Positions 42,010-52,739 of a DNA stretch of 64,000 nt are shown here, in pieces. The stretch spans positions 43,790 to 107,789 of the forward strand of contig CAYZCZ010000001.1 of assembly GCA_964477125.1 (NCBI GenBank). The letters run 5' to 3'. The first letter of the stretch is position 1. Each line of letters opens with the position of its first letter. The position numbers were made by a program, and so were the translations under genes. Source of the DNA: an uncultured Candidatus Saccharibacteria bacterium. GTDB taxonomy: Bacteria; Patescibacteriota; Saccharimonadia; Saccharimonadales; CAIOMD01. The notes beneath the pieces are model-generated. The model saw only the letters and a program-made list of their open reading frames with translations, was not told the DNA's origin and made no database searches.

Positions 42010-42389
42010 TCTTTATGGATTAATTCATCATCAATTAATTTTTGATCAGTTTCGTGGGCGGGGGACATATTGTAATCTAGGTTATACATAATCCACATTG
42101 ATCCAATGAATATTATTGCCACAACCATTGCTCCAAACAGAAAAGCCATTAATTTCCATCTTGGTCTAGTCTCTTGGCCAATATGTAAAAAGAATATCAG
42201 CTGTACAATAAGCTGAATAAAAGCTAGCCCCAAAATTATAGGCACAACTAATTCATGCTTCAGGGTTTCGTGGCCCGAAACTACATGTAACTGCACTATA
42301 CCGAACGCGATTAGTGTCATTAAAATGGATAAACTAAATCCAGCAATATACTGCCTTATATTTGGCTGATGCATTTTCAAATTTTTCAT
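42006..42389 (-). CDS. cyoD: quinol oxidase subunit IV
   Basis: 127-aa 3-TM protein in the operon position of cyoD/qoxD. Confidence 0.7.
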   Translation of the reverse strand: MKNLKMHQPNIRQYIAGFSLSILMTLIAFGIVQLHVVSGHETLKHELVVPIILGLAFIQLIVQLIFFLHIGQETRPRWKLMAFLFGAMVVAIIFIGSMWIMYNLDYNMSPAHETDQKLIDDELIHKE

Positions 42390-43006
42390 GAGCTAACCGC
42401 TCCTATTAGATAAACAAAACTAAATATAAATATCCAAACTATGTCCAAAAAATGCCAGAATAAACTAAATAATGTCAGCCTTAAAACAGTCGAGCTTGTA
42501 AGTCCTTTTTTGACTATCATTACTACTAATACCGCCAACCAGGTAAGGCCAATAGTAATATGAAGCCCGTGAGTGCCAACTAGGGTAAAGAATGATGATA
42601 AAAATGCACTGGCTTTCCAGCTATAACCTTCTTTAACCAAATTACTAAACTCAGCAATTTCCATACCTACAAAGGCAATACCCAATAGAAAGGATACAAA
42701 CAGCCACAGTAGCGTTTTAGAGGTATCTCGTTGGCGGGCGGATAAAATTGCTAACCCAGTAACAAAACTGCTAGTTAGCAACAGCATTGTTTCGATAAAC
42801 ACGTAAGGTAAGCTGAATAATTCACTAGCGTCAGGTCCACCATTAGTATTTTTATGCAATACAGCGTATACCGCAAATAAGCAAGCAAAAATAACCAAGT
42901 CGGTCATTAAATAAATCCAAAAGCCCAAGGTTACCTTAGAATTATTTTCCTCAATACGCTTGCTACTAATATTACTCATAGATAACCCCCCTAGCTTTGC
43001 CTTCAA
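42386..43006 (-). CDS. cyoC: quinol oxidase subunit III
   Basis: 5-TM subunit III fold. The start is probably the internal Met (MSNISSK, about 42979), which would remove the overlap with cyoB. Confidence 0.8.
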   Translation of the reverse strand: MKAKLGGLSMSNISSKRIEENNSKVTLGFWIYLMTDLVIFACLFAVYAVLHKNTNGGPDASELFSLPYVFIETMLLLTSSFVTGLAILSARQRDTSKTLLWLFVSFLLGIAFVGMEIAEFSNLVKEGYSWKASAFLSSFFTLVGTHGLHITIGLTWLAVLVVMIVKKGLTSSTVLRLTLFSLFWHFLDIVWIFIFSFVYLIGAVSS

Positions 43007-44948
43007 GTAGGGCGACAGTTTTTGCTGGCATTACATATTCTGTATGATCATCGAACGAACGAACAATAATTGTTACGACAGTACTTATAAAAGCAAATAT
43101 AGCTAGCCACCAAATATGCCATACCACGCAAAAACCAAACAAAGTTACCAGGCCTGCAATAATAACTGCCAACGGAGTGTTCTTTGGCATTTCAATATCA
43201 TGATATTTTGGTTTTTCTAGTCCAGTAACTTTAGCCGTTTTAGAAACCCAAAAAGCATCACGTGCATAGACATTTGGAATTAGAGCAAAATTATATATTT
43301 TAGCAGGCGATGAGGTAGCCCATTCTAAGGTTCTACCATCCCATGGATCACCACTTTTATCAATATTTTTCTTTCGCTGCAAGACACTAACCACTAATTG
43401 CAATACAGTGAAGCCTACGCCGGCTCCAATTATTAATAATCCCACACCGGAAACAATAAACAAACCTTGCCAACCCATAGAACTATCGTAATGGTTCAAC
43501 CTACGCGTTGCCCCCATAATTCCTAATGCATAAATAGGTAGGAAAGTAACCATAAAACCAATTATCCAACACCAAGCCGAGTATCTTCCAAGCCTATCGT
43601 TTAGTTTAAAGCCAAATATCTTAGGGAACCAGTATACTAGCCCTGCCATATAAGTAAATACTACTCCTCCTATGACCATATTATGGAAATGAGCCACTAA
43701 GAATAAGCTATTATGAACCTGAAAATCTATAGCTGGCACAGCCATTAAAACACCAGTCACTCCGCCAATGGTAAAGGTTACAATAAAGCCCAAAAACCAT
43801 ACCATTGGTGTAGGGAAAGTTATTTTACCCCTGTACATTGTAAATAACCAGTTGAATACTTTAACGCCCGTGGGAATGGCAATAACCATGGTCATTATTC
43901 CAAAAAAGGCGTTAACATTTGCGCCTGCACCCATAGTAAAGAAATGATGAAGCCAAACAACGTAGGATAAAAAGGTAATTGCGACAATTGCCCAAACCAT
44001 ACTGGTATATCCAAATAGTCTTTTACGACTAAACGTGGCTACTACCTCAGACAAAATCCCAAAACCTGGGAGCATTAATATGTATACCTCTGGGTGACCC
44101 CAAGCCCAAATTAAATTTACATACATCATTGGGTTACCACCGGCTGTAGATGTGAAGAAATTCATTCCCATAAGCCTGTCTAATGACAATAAAGCTAAAC
44201 TAACTGTTAGTATGGGGAAAGCGAACAATATAAGAACCATGCTTCCTAGTACCGTCCAAACAAATATTGGCATTTTCATGAGTGTCATACCTGGTGCGCG
44301 CATTTTTAGAATTGTTGTGGTGAAGTTTATCCCTGAGAGCAGGCTACCAATACCAGCAATCTGCAGGGCCCAAATCCAGTAATCTACACCAACACCAGGG
44401 CTATATTGTATGCCAGAAAGTGGCGGGTAGGCTAACCATCCAGCAGCTGAAAACTCGCCAATACCTAATGATACATTTACCAAAATCATGCCCCCGGTGA
44501 ATAACCAAAAACTAACTGCATTCAAAAATGGGAAGGCAACATCGCGTGAACCGATCATAAGTGGCAATACAACATTAATCAGCCCAAACATCAGTCCCAT
44601 AGCTACAAAAAATATCATTATTGTACCGTGTGCCGTAAATATTTGCTGGAAATGATCGGCATCTAAAAAGCCTTGGCTAGAGCCAGAAGCAATAGCTTGC
44701 TGAGCTTTTAGCATCACAGCGTCGGCAAATCCACGCAGTAGCATCACAAAAGCAACCACAATATACATAATTCCAATTTTTTTGTGGTCTGTTGTTGTTA
44801 TATAGTTCTTCCACAACCAACCCCACTTTTTAAAATAGGTAAGGCCGGCAATAATCGCTATAAGGCTTAATATCATGCCAGCAACAGCACCCATTATTAC
44901 AATGTCATGCTGGAATGCGTCAATGCCTAGTTTACCTGTAATACTCAT
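42972..44948 (-). CDS. cyoB: heme-copper quinol oxidase subunit I
   Basis: 658 aa with 12+ TM helices and the heme/CuB His ligands (WAHHMF..., HHFFTMG...) conserved. Confidence 0.9.
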   Translation of the reverse strand: MSITGKLGIDAFQHDIVIMGAVAGMILSLIAIIAGLTYFKKWGWLWKNYITTTDHKKIGIMYIVVAFVMLLRGFADAVMLKAQQAIASGSSQGFLDADHFQQIFTAHGTIMIFFVAMGLMFGLINVVLPLMIGSRDVAFPFLNAVSFWLFTGGMILVNVSLGIGEFSAAGWLAYPPLSGIQYSPGVGVDYWIWALQIAGIGSLLSGINFTTTILKMRAPGMTLMKMPIFVWTVLGSMVLILFAFPILTVSLALLSLDRLMGMNFFTSTAGGNPMMYVNLIWAWGHPEVYILMLPGFGILSEVVATFSRKRLFGYTSMVWAIVAITFLSYVVWLHHFFTMGAGANVNAFFGIMTMVIAIPTGVKVFNWLFTMYRGKITFPTPMVWFLGFIVTFTIGGVTGVLMAVPAIDFQVHNSLFLVAHFHNMVIGGVVFTYMAGLVYWFPKIFGFKLNDRLGRYSAWCWIIGFMVTFLPIYALGIMGATRRLNHYDSSMGWQGLFIVSGVGLLIIGAGVGFTVLQLVVSVLQRKKNIDKSGDPWDGRTLEWATSSPAKIYNFALIPNVYARDAFWVSKTAKVTGLEKPKYHDIEMPKNTPLAVIIAGLVTLFGFCVVWHIWWLAIFAFISTVVTIIVRSFDDHTEYVMPAKTVALLEGKARGVIYE

Positions 44949-45875
44949 TTATTCAGTTCCATGGCTATTCATTTCTTTCGTTTCTGTATGATTACCCACA
45001 TTGCTAGAGCCCTTAAAAGTTGGCTCCATATACTTCATAATTATTTCATTATACAGATTATTATCTTTTAGCGAATAAATTACTACAGAGTTATTTGTAG
45101 AAGGCTCAGCAAGTTTTTGATATTCTGCCCAGCTCAAATATGAAGAAGATTCCTGAGATTTTGCAACCCAGTTTTCGAATTCAGTTTTAGTCGTTGCGTT
45201 AGTTTTAAAATCCATACCGGCAAAACCTTGGCCACTTAAATTAGCTGATGAACCGTCATACACACCAGGCTTATCAGCAATGAGATGCAACTTTGTTTGC
45301 ATGCCTGCCATTGCATAAATTTGACCACCAAGCTGTGGTATCCAAAACGAGTTCATTGGTGCATCGGCTGTAATTTCAAAATTTATAGGAGTATTTATTG
45401 GTATATTCAATTCATTTACACTGGCAATGTTTTGCTCTGGATAAATAAATAACCATTTCCAGTCCATTGCAACAACCTGAACTGTCAAAGGCTTAACAGA
45501 AGACTCAAGTTTTTTATATGGGTCCAAAGAATGACTTGTCTTCCAGGTTACAATACTTAAAATTAGAATAATTACTATTGGTATTGTCCACCATACAAAT
45601 TCAAGTTTTTTGTTTGAGTCCCATTCGGGCATATATTTTGCCTTTGAATTATTTGCTCTATATTTCCAAGCGAAAACAAAAGTCATAATAAACACTGGAA
45701 CTACTATTAACAATGACAAAGCTAGCGTAAACATAATTAAATTTTTTTGTTTTTGGGCAATTTCACCAGCAGGATTTAGAACAGCAAAATTTAATCCATT
45801 TAGTAGGAAGTAAGAACCAATTAATGACAAAATGCCAATGATTAATACTAAAAATATTACTGCTTTATTTTTCAT
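44949..45875 (-). CDS. cyoA: quinol oxidase subunit II (no CuA site)
   Basis: Signal/TM anchor plus a cupredoxin-like domain lacking the CuA Cys/His cluster, as expected for quinol (not cytochrome c) oxidases. Confidence 0.8.
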   Translation of the reverse strand: MKNKAVIFLVLIIGILSLIGSYFLLNGLNFAVLNPAGEIAQKQKNLIMFTLALSLLIVVPVFIMTFVFAWKYRANNSKAKYMPEWDSNKKLEFVWWTIPIVIILILSIVTWKTSHSLDPYKKLESSVKPLTVQVVAMDWKWLFIYPEQNIASVNELNIPINTPINFEITADAPMNSFWIPQLGGQIYAMAGMQTKLHLIADKPGVYDGSSANLSGQGFAGMDFKTNATTKTEFENWVAKSQESSSYLSWAEYQKLAEPSTNNSVVIYSLKDNNLYNEIIMKYMEPTFKGSSNVGNHTETKEMNSHGTE

Positions 45876-46013
45876 AATAACTTAGGTAAATAATACCATA
45901 AGCAAAATAGATAACTAACAAATACTATTTACTGCAATACTATTGGTGGTATTACATTATTCTTTTTTAAATATTGCTTATCATGGCTAAAAACAATTTT
46001 TGAAATTTATCCT

Positions 46014-46040
46014 ACCATTCCAGGGAATGGTGATTTTTTT
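46014..46040 (+). terminator. Orphan rho-independent terminator-like hairpin
   Basis: accattc-cagg-gaatggt hairpin followed by gaTTTTTTT; no plus-strand gene lies upstream. Confidence 0.4.
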
Positions 46041-46068
46041 GTACAGCAAAATCTATAGGTTATATACT

Positions 46069-46650
46069 CTAGATTTTTGAGCTTGCAGATTGTAATATTT
46101 TTTCTTCAAGATCTGGGTCGTTCCAGCCTAAAATTCTAGGAACATTTGGAACACGGCTATTCCATGGTTGGCTAAAAATCAAATGGTTCCATTTAGTTTC
46201 ATTGGTTCTTTTAATATTAGGCTTATCGTCTATCAATACAGAACCAACATACCTTTGCTTTTCCGAATCTATAATAGCTTCGTTTAAAATAAATTTTTCC
46301 AGACTTGGTACTAAGTTCGCATCTATCCATTCTAGCTTTTCGGGCTTAGAAAACTTATTCCTAAGTGGAGAAGATAAAATACGTGGCTGGAAACCAACAT
46401 CACATAAACGTAAAAGTCCCTCAGTAGCCATTTGTATTTGTGGTATATTTCTTGCAAAACCTTCTTTATCGTATATTTCCGCTATCAAATCTTTATACTC
46501 TTCTTCTTGGTAATTATCAGCCAAATAAAATTCAGACAATTCAACCCTAGGGAGTGGCTTACCAAGATTATTTGCTTCTAGGAATACTGCACCATTGAAA
46601 TCGGCAAGCACACCATCTATATCAACAAAAATCGTACTTTTCTCACTCAT
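46069..46650 (-). CDS. 5'(3')-deoxyribonucleotidase (HAD superfamily, NT5C-like)
   Basis: N-terminal DxD motif (IFVDIDGVLADF) and the rest of the HAD core. Confidence 0.65.
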   Translation of the reverse strand: MSEKSTIFVDIDGVLADFNGAVFLEANNLGKPLPRVELSEFYLADNYQEEEYKDLIAEIYDKEGFARNIPQIQMATEGLLRLCDVGFQPRILSSPLRNKFSKPEKLEWIDANLVPSLEKFILNEAIIDSEKQRYVGSVLIDDKPNIKRTNETKWNHLIFSQPWNSRVPNVPRILGWNDPDLEEKILQSASSKI

Positions 46651-46948
46651 TGCTTTCTATTATACATATCAAGTCCAAACCTAGAGACCGCATTATAATA
46701 TCAATCATAACTAGTTCTACGACTTTGGCCTCACTAAGACGAATGCAATGCGAAACAGTAAAAATTGCACCATCAATAGTATTTTGTATGGCATATTAGT
46801 CACATTTTTATCATAAAATAGTCGAATATTCATTCCAGCTATACTGTACAATTATTTGCATTTTTTTCAATGTACAAAATTTTCTATATTTACTAGGTAA
46901 AATATAGCGCATACAATCAGAGCATAGATTTATGAGAAGGATATTTAT

Positions 46949-48409
46949 ATGAAAAAAACGGGAAAAAATATCCAGCATGCAACTACCGAGGAAACTAAAG
47001 AGTCCTTGGATGGCTTAGATAATCCTGCAGATAAAACTAGGTTAGGTGTAGCAAAAAATTTGGGTTCTACTATTTTAGAAACAACAGTCTACCGAAAAAT
47101 TAGTCAATTAATATCATATGCCATAGATAAAACATACGAGACAGGGCCATTCCTTGAAAATAATATTGACTCAAAAAGACTTATTCGCATCATCGAGGGG
47201 GTTAATGATGCAGTTTATATGATAAGTCCAGAAGGAAAAATTGAATATATGAGTCCAGTTATAGAAAAGATCTCGCCAGGCTTTATAACGAAAGATATAA
47301 TTAACACCAATTTTATAGATTATGTATTCCCAGACGATATACCAAAAGTCCAAGAAGCTTTCTCTGAAATGGTAACAAATAAATCAGAAAGTGTTAGCGA
47401 ATTTAGAACTATAGATAAAAAAGGCGAATTAAGATGGCTAAGAGGCTCTGGGAATGTTATTTTAAAGGATGAAGCTGTTGTTGGCATTGTAGGCGTGCTA
47501 ACAGACATTACAGACAATAAAATACTTGAAGAAAAATTGAAGAAAAGTAATGAATTATTCGAAGATGTATCAGAAATTGCAAAAATTGGTGGTTGGGAGC
47601 TAGATACTATCACAAACGAAATAGTATGGACTAAGCAAATGTACAAAATTTCCGGCATTGAACCAGATGGACATCCACCAAGCCTAGAAGATGGCCTAGC
47701 CCTATTAGATGAAGATTCACAAAATATACTTAATAATGCCATTGATAAAGCTATGTCAGAAACTCTGCCATTTAATTTAGAACTACCTGTAAATATGCCC
47801 GACGGAAGTAAAAAATGGTTAAACATAGTTGGTAAAGTGAATTCAAGCAATGGAAAAGTAAAAAAATTAGCTGGCACTGTCCAGGACATAACTGTCCATA
47901 AAAAACTAGAAGAACTACTTAAAGAAAAAAATTCAAAAGACGAGCTAACCGGATTATTTAATAGAAATTACTACGAACAAAAAATACAAGAATATATTAA
48001 AGAAGCTAAGCCTGTTAGCGTAGTTTATATAGACGTTGATGGTCTGCATTCCATTAATAATAACTATGGCCACTTAGAAGGTGACAATTTGTTAATAGAT
48101 TTATCGAATATACTTATTACTAATTTCCGTGAAAATGATATTGTGTTTAGAACAGGGGGCGACGAATTTGTCACCATTATTCCATCCGACGAAGACGAAA
48201 TAATATTAACTATTATTAAAAGAATAAAAAATGCTGTAGAGGTATACAATAAAATAAAAAATCATCCCCAGTTATCTATATCTATGGGCTACGAAAGCTC
48301 AAGTTCAAGCCAAAATTTATTGGCTATTATCGCAAAAGCAGATGAAGCAATGTTAGAATCAAAAAGGTCAAAAATGAATGGAAGAGATAGCGATAAATTT
48401 ACAATCTAA
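46949..48409 (+). CDS. PAS/PAC sensor-containing diguanylate cyclase (GGDEF)
   Basis: Two PAS-like regions, then a GGDEF domain with an intact RTGGDEF active-site motif and YIDVDGL. Confidence 0.85.
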   Translation: MKKTGKNIQHATTEETKESLDGLDNPADKTRLGVAKNLGSTILETTVYRKISQLISYAIDKTYETGPFLENNIDSKRLIRIIEGVNDAVYMISPEGKIEYMSPVIEKISPGFITKDIINTNFIDYVFPDDIPKVQEAFSEMVTNKSESVSEFRTIDKKGELRWLRGSGNVILKDEAVVGIVGVLTDITDNKILEEKLKKSNELFEDVSEIAKIGGWELDTITNEIVWTKQMYKISGIEPDGHPPSLEDGLALLDEDSQNILNNAIDKAMSETLPFNLELPVNMPDGSKKWLNIVGKVNSSNGKVKKLAGTVQDITVHKKLEELLKEKNSKDELTGLFNRNYYEQKIQEYIKEAKPVSVVYIDVDGLHSINNNYGHLEGDNLLIDLSNILITNFRENDIVFRTGGDEFVTIIPSDEDEIILTIIKRIKNAVEVYNKIKNHPQLSISMGYESSSSSQNLLAIIAKADEAMLESKRSKMNGRDSDKFTI

Positions 48410-48421
48410 ATAAAATATATC

Positions 48422-48685
48422 TTAAGTGATTGTCTTTTTAATTTTATCAAATTCTTCCTCATTAATTTCACCTTTAGCATAACGTTCTTTAATAATACCC
48501 AACGGATCATTAGTGTCGTTTGTACTACCAATCCAGCCTTGGCTATGAGAATATTTACCAATTAGTATTACAAGCAAAAATATAACTCCTGCAATAAAAA
48601 GCACCGACACTGCTCCAATAAGTAAGTTACTGAAATCATTGCTACTTTCAACCATATGTCTTGGTTCGTAATATGCACTGTTCAT
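48422..48685 (-). CDS. SHOCT-domain membrane protein
   Basis: One TM helix, then a C-terminal ERYAKGEINEEEFDKIKKTI SHOCT motif. Confidence 0.6.
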   Translation of the reverse strand: MNSAYYEPRHMVESSNDFSNLLIGAVSVLFIAGVIFLLVILIGKYSHSQGWIGSTNDTNDPLGIIKERYAKGEINEEEFDKIKKTIT

Positions 48686-48804
48686 TTTTTTCTCCTAAGT
48701 TATTATTTTTATAAAATACTACTCATTACTTAAAACTCGCTTAAAACTAAAAATTATTTAAATGACGTAATAAATACTCCTTATTGGATTAACTCGCAAT
48801 AAAG

Positions 48805-50274
48805 TTGTATAGTCAGATAAATATGGAGTATAAATACTATCAAGGTAAACCCGCTGAAAAATGTGGGGTAGCGGCTGTATCAATTACGGATATAGATGAC
48901 CAGCCAGCTTCCGTATATGTCGCTAGAATTCTTAGCCGCCTACAGCACCGAGGAGCCGAGGCTACTGGTATAACTAGCTATAACCCAAATACTGAATACC
49001 TGGAAAGTCTAAGGAAAATTGGCTTAGTACGCGATGTTTACACTGATAATGCCATGGAAGGTTTAGTTGGTAAGCTTGCTATAGGTCATAACAAATACTC
49101 TACATCCGGCCGGAAAGATGCGCATTTACAACCTTTTACAGACTACCAAACCGGGCTTGCACTTGCCCATAATGGAAATTTACCAAATACAGCTAGCCTA
49201 GACGAAGAACTAGAGAAAAGTTTTATAAAAATTCGTCACTGGAATGATTCTGAAAAAATGGGATTACTGCTATCTAATAATATTAGAAAAGGTATGGATC
49301 TAAAAGAGAGTATTACCGAGGCTTACCCATTTTTAGTTGGTGCTTTTTCGTGCGTAGCTTTGTACAACAAACAAATTGCCGCTTTTCGTGACCCTTATGG
49401 TATTAGGCCATTAGAGCTAGGATGTGCAAACAACGGGACAATGGTGTCGTCAGAAACTATTGGTTTAGAAATAGTCAATGCACAGCATGTTCGGAGTATT
49501 GAGCCGGGTGAACTAGTCATAATTGAAGACGGGACAGTACAGTCATACCAAATTGCTGAGCCAAAGCCTAAATTAGATATTTTTGAATTTGTATATTTCG
49601 CAAGGCATGACAGTGTTTTATACGGGAAAAGCGTCAACCAAGTACGCCAGTCTTTTGGTAGAAAATTGGCAGAAGCACATCCGCCAAAATACCTAGAAAA
49701 AGAAAACATAATAGTAGTAGCCGTGCCAGATACTTCAATACCGGCAAGTGAAGGTTATGCAGATGCTCTTGGACTTCAGCATACTCAAGCAATTTTAAAA
49801 GACCGTTTTACTAGTGGAAGGAGCTTTATGCAACCAACCCAAAAAGAGCGTGAATCGTACGTGAATTTAAAACATAATATTATGAGCGAGCAAATCGAAG
49901 GAAAAGACGTGGTCTTAATTGATGATTCAATAGTTCGGCTAAATACAATGCCTGGCTTAGTTAAAAGACTATACAAGCTAGGCGCTAAAAGTGTAAACGT
50001 GTTAATAGCTTCTCCACCAGTGAGGTATCCAGATTTTTACGGCATTGATACTCCCGACCAAAAAGAGTTGGCTGCAGCAAATATGACTGTAGAAGAAATG
50101 AAGGAAAAAATTGGTTGTCGTTATTTAGGATTTCTGTCAATAGATGAGATGGTTGAGGCTACTGGTATAGCTAAAGATAAATTTAACCTAAGCCCCTTCA
50201 ACGGCATATACCCAATAGATATTGGCGACAATAAAAATAAGCTATACGAACCAACCGACAAACAATATATATAA
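48805..50274 (+). CDS. purF: amidophosphoribosyltransferase
   Basis: N-terminal Cys nucleophile right after the initiator region (..KCGVAAV), Ntn-glutaminase domain plus PRTase domain (VLIDDSIVRLNT). Confidence 0.85.
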   Translation: MYSQINMEYKYYQGKPAEKCGVAAVSITDIDDQPASVYVARILSRLQHRGAEATGITSYNPNTEYLESLRKIGLVRDVYTDNAMEGLVGKLAIGHNKYSTSGRKDAHLQPFTDYQTGLALAHNGNLPNTASLDEELEKSFIKIRHWNDSEKMGLLLSNNIRKGMDLKESITEAYPFLVGAFSCVALYNKQIAAFRDPYGIRPLELGCANNGTMVSSETIGLEIVNAQHVRSIEPGELVIIEDGTVQSYQIAEPKPKLDIFEFVYFARHDSVLYGKSVNQVRQSFGRKLAEAHPPKYLEKENIIVVAVPDTSIPASEGYADALGLQHTQAILKDRFTSGRSFMQPTQKERESYVNLKHNIMSEQIEGKDVVLIDDSIVRLNTMPGLVKRLYKLGAKSVNVLIASPPVRYPDFYGIDTPDQKELAAANMTVEEMKEKIGCRYLGFLSIDEMVEATGIAKDKFNLSPFNGIYPIDIGDNKNKLYEPTDKQYI

Positions 50275-50350
50275 ATAATAATTTAGTTCCTACGTTATTA
50301 AGAATACTGTTATATATAAATATCTACCCAACTTGTGTAAATAGATGACA

Positions 50351-50379
50351 TTGACAAAATACCTTTTACTTTTTATAAT
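50351..50379 (+). promoter_or_regulatory. Perfect-consensus sigma70 promoter (TTGACA-17-TATAAT)
   Basis: TTGACA at 50351-50356, a 17-nt spacer, TATAAT at 50374-50379; about 40 nt upstream of a GGAGGTGA SD. Confidence 0.65.
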
Positions 50380-50419
50380 ATAATTATCATCTACACCCTA
50401 GCCCTTGGAGGTGATCGAG

Positions 50420-50761
50420 ATGGTGAAAGATGAAGAAGACATCCTGACGCTTATTGAGCAGGCAGGATTGTTGGATTACCTCCTAGACTTTAGGGACGTG
50501 ACAAAGCATACAAGCTATGAACCGTTCATCGAGGGAAGGAGGTACGAATTGGTCTTCGATGATAAGGCTGATATAAGGCCTATCATCGCAAACGAGAAGC
50601 TTACAATCAGAAGCTTCAGTCGCAAAGATGACGGAACCCTTAAAGTTGTGGTCGTGATACTAGCAGAACCACAGATGCTAGGACACTACAACACCGAGCA
50701 GTTCGTCAAGAAACCATACCTTTCAGACCTAGAGGGTATGTCAAAAGAAAATTCCTGGTAA
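50420..50761 (+). CDS. hypothetical protein (113 aa) with foreign-looking codon usage
   Basis: ATG at 50420, 5 nt after the SD GGAGGTGA (the ORF track used an upstream TTG at 50405). Rich in GAG/AAG/GAC/AGG/CTG codons that are rare in neighbouring genes; visibly higher G+C. Confidence 0.6.
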   Translation: MVKDEEDILTLIEQAGLLDYLLDFRDVTKHTSYEPFIEGRRYELVFDDKADIRPIIANEKLTIRSFSRKDDGTLKVVVVILAEPQMLGHYNTEQFVKKPYLSDLEGMSKENSW

Positions 50762-50771
50762 ATCACCAGGT

Positions 50772-50804
50772 CCCGCATCTTGAAATATAGGTGCGGGTTT
50801 TTTC
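50772..50804 (+). terminator. Strong rho-independent terminator
   Basis: cccgcatct...aggtgcggg stem followed by TTTTTTC. Confidence 0.8.
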
Positions 50805-50852
50805 TTTACAATCTTATTGCATTATATTCATTTTTATTATATTATCTTTTTC

Positions 50853-52739
50853 ATGACGACTAGTACCATCACTGCTGAATATCCAATAGATAGCAGGAGC
50901 GTAGAATTCCATCCAAGGATTAAGGCGATTGCCCTAATGATAGGTAAAGCAATCACTTGTTCTGATGTTTATTCTGAGCAAGAAGCTTCAGAAATTGCAC
51001 ATGCGATTGCCAGCAAAGATTTCGCTAAAGTTTTAGAAATTACAGATTCCTTAAATAGGATTAATCTTTCATCTGAGATTATTCGTGATGATAAAATATC
51101 TAAATATATTCCTGTTTGGAGTATTAGTAGTAATTTTATAAAAGAATATGAAGGTAAGGGTGGACTATTATACTTAATCGAACCTGAAAATTTACCAAAA
51201 CTTAGCACAATAATTGATGAGCTACAGTTAAAATATATAAGTAATGAACTTAGCAAAGATGAGAAAATTGCTTACGTAAAATTACTTGAAACTCTTTTCT
51301 ACATTTCATATTGCCAACAATCTAGTACCGGTCAGGATATTCCAACAAGAAACCAATGCACAGAGCCAAATGATAATATATTCACTGGTCAAAATATAAT
51401 TCCGAGTAGATTTAAACATGGTAGAGGTGGTCTTCAAGGCCTTGCGTTTAGATCAGGTCGGTACCTTTCTTACATAGCATCTTCAAATGATTCTGAAAAC
51501 TTACCACTAGGAAGACTTAGAGATGAATTATTAGATAATACAAAAGACACCATAGAAACAATTAATTCATTTGTATTACGTAAAGTACTAGGTGACAGTG
51601 CAAACTCTATGATTCAAGACATTAAAGAAATACTAGAAAATGAAGAGCTTTTAGAATTATTCCATGAAACTAAAGTAAATATCCTAGAAGAAATTGATGC
51701 GTACAACAATAAAGAAATCGTCAAAGCAAATCCTACAAATATTGAGTGGGACCCTACAGTCGACTTTTTAACGGCAGATTTAAGCGAAATTGATATTTTC
51801 CAAAATCCAAGCTCGCCTACGGATTTGTATTCACCCACCGAAACAAATAACGAAGATACTGATAGAGTTCGGTTAGATTATGATCGTATAAAATTTCTCC
51901 GTGAATTAGGAATTTTAATCATAGAATCGGGAAGAAATGCTTCTTTATTTAGGTCATTTAGCCTAGGCAACAGCAGACGTAGTGTGCACGATAGATACTT
52001 CTGTCTAAGTGTTGAGCACCCAGAGGACCCTACGAAAACCATTGCAATTGCCGATAATCCAGTAATGAGGCACAACGCCATCTATGTTGTCGATGAAGCC
52101 TGTACAAAAATAGATCCTGACAGTGGTATAACCTATGAATGGAAAGATGTAATTGGCTGTGGAAATAAACGTGATGCATATGAAATGGGTGCATACATTT
52201 TGTATCATAGTGGCAATTGGAAGGATGACATAATAAAAATAGTGCAAAATGGTTTAGAGCATAGGGTGTCTAGGCCTATAGTAGTATCTGCTCTAGATGC
52301 ACCAGAAAATGAAGAAGATACTATTATAGATCTTACTACTTCAAATAATGATGAAGCTACCAAAGATGATACCGAAAGCCCATCAGAACCAAGTTTACAA
52401 GATGAAATTAAGGATAAAGAGCCAGAGCAAGAAATTGAAGAGGAAATAAATTTAGTAAATGAAGTGCTCAACGATATTGCCCGGCTAAAGAATGAGCGTG
52501 ATCAGTTAAAGAGAGAAGTTGAAGAAGCTACAGCAACTAATTTGGAGCTAGTTAGGCAAAAAGAAATTGCTTTAAATCGGCAAAAAGAAATTGAACGTAT
52601 GCATGCTGAAGAAATAAAGAAAATCCAAGAAGATTCTGAAGCAAAATCTAAAGAAGATAAAAAGCGTATAGAAGTTTTAGAAGCTCAAAGAGATTCATTA
52701 CAAAAAAGTCTCAAAAACATTATCGACGCTTTAAACTAA
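50853..52739 (+). CDS. large hypothetical protein: about 480-aa N-terminal domain, acidic linker, about 100-aa C-terminal coiled coil
   Basis: Intact ORF; probable start MTTSTITAEYP (the track's 50817 start adds a junk hydrophobic leader). No signal peptide or TM helix. C-terminus is KNERDQLKREVEEATATNLELVRQKEIALNRQKEIERMHAEEIKK... No motif I can place. Confidence 0.6.
   Translation: MTTSTITAEYPIDSRSVEFHPRIKAIALMIGKAITCSDVYSEQEASEIAHAIASKDFAKVLEITDSLNRINLSSEIIRDDKISKYIPVWSISSNFIKEYEGKGGLLYLIEPENLPKLSTIIDELQLKYISNELSKDEKIAYVKLLETLFYISYCQQSSTGQDIPTRNQCTEPNDNIFTGQNIIPSRFKHGRGGLQGLAFRSGRYLSYIASSNDSENLPLGRLRDELLDNTKDTIETINSFVLRKVLGDSANSMIQDIKEILENEELLELFHETKVNILEEIDAYNNKEIVKANPTNIEWDPTVDFLTADLSEIDIFQNPSSPTDLYSPTETNNEDTDRVRLDYDRIKFLRELGILIIESGRNASLFRSFSLGNSRRSVHDRYFCLSVEHPEDPTKTIAIADNPVMRHNAIYVVDEACTKIDPDSGITYEWKDVIGCGNKRDAYEMGAYILYHSGNWKDDIIKIVQNGLEHRVSRPIVVSALDAPENEEDTIIDLTTSNNDEATKDDTESPSEPSLQDEIKDKEPEQEIEEEINLVNEVLNDIARLKNERDQLKREVEEATATNLELVRQKEIALNRQKEIERMHAEEIKKIQEDSEAKSKEDKKRIEVLEAQRDSLQKSLKNIIDALN

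Noticed and set aside
50805-50852. The 5' extension of the large hypothetical protein (track start 50817, MHYIHFYYIIFF...).
   Set aside because: The stretch is an AT-rich, Ile/Phe/Tyr-rich run immediately after a terminator and lacks an RBS. The downstream Met (MTTSTITAEYP) is the more credible start.
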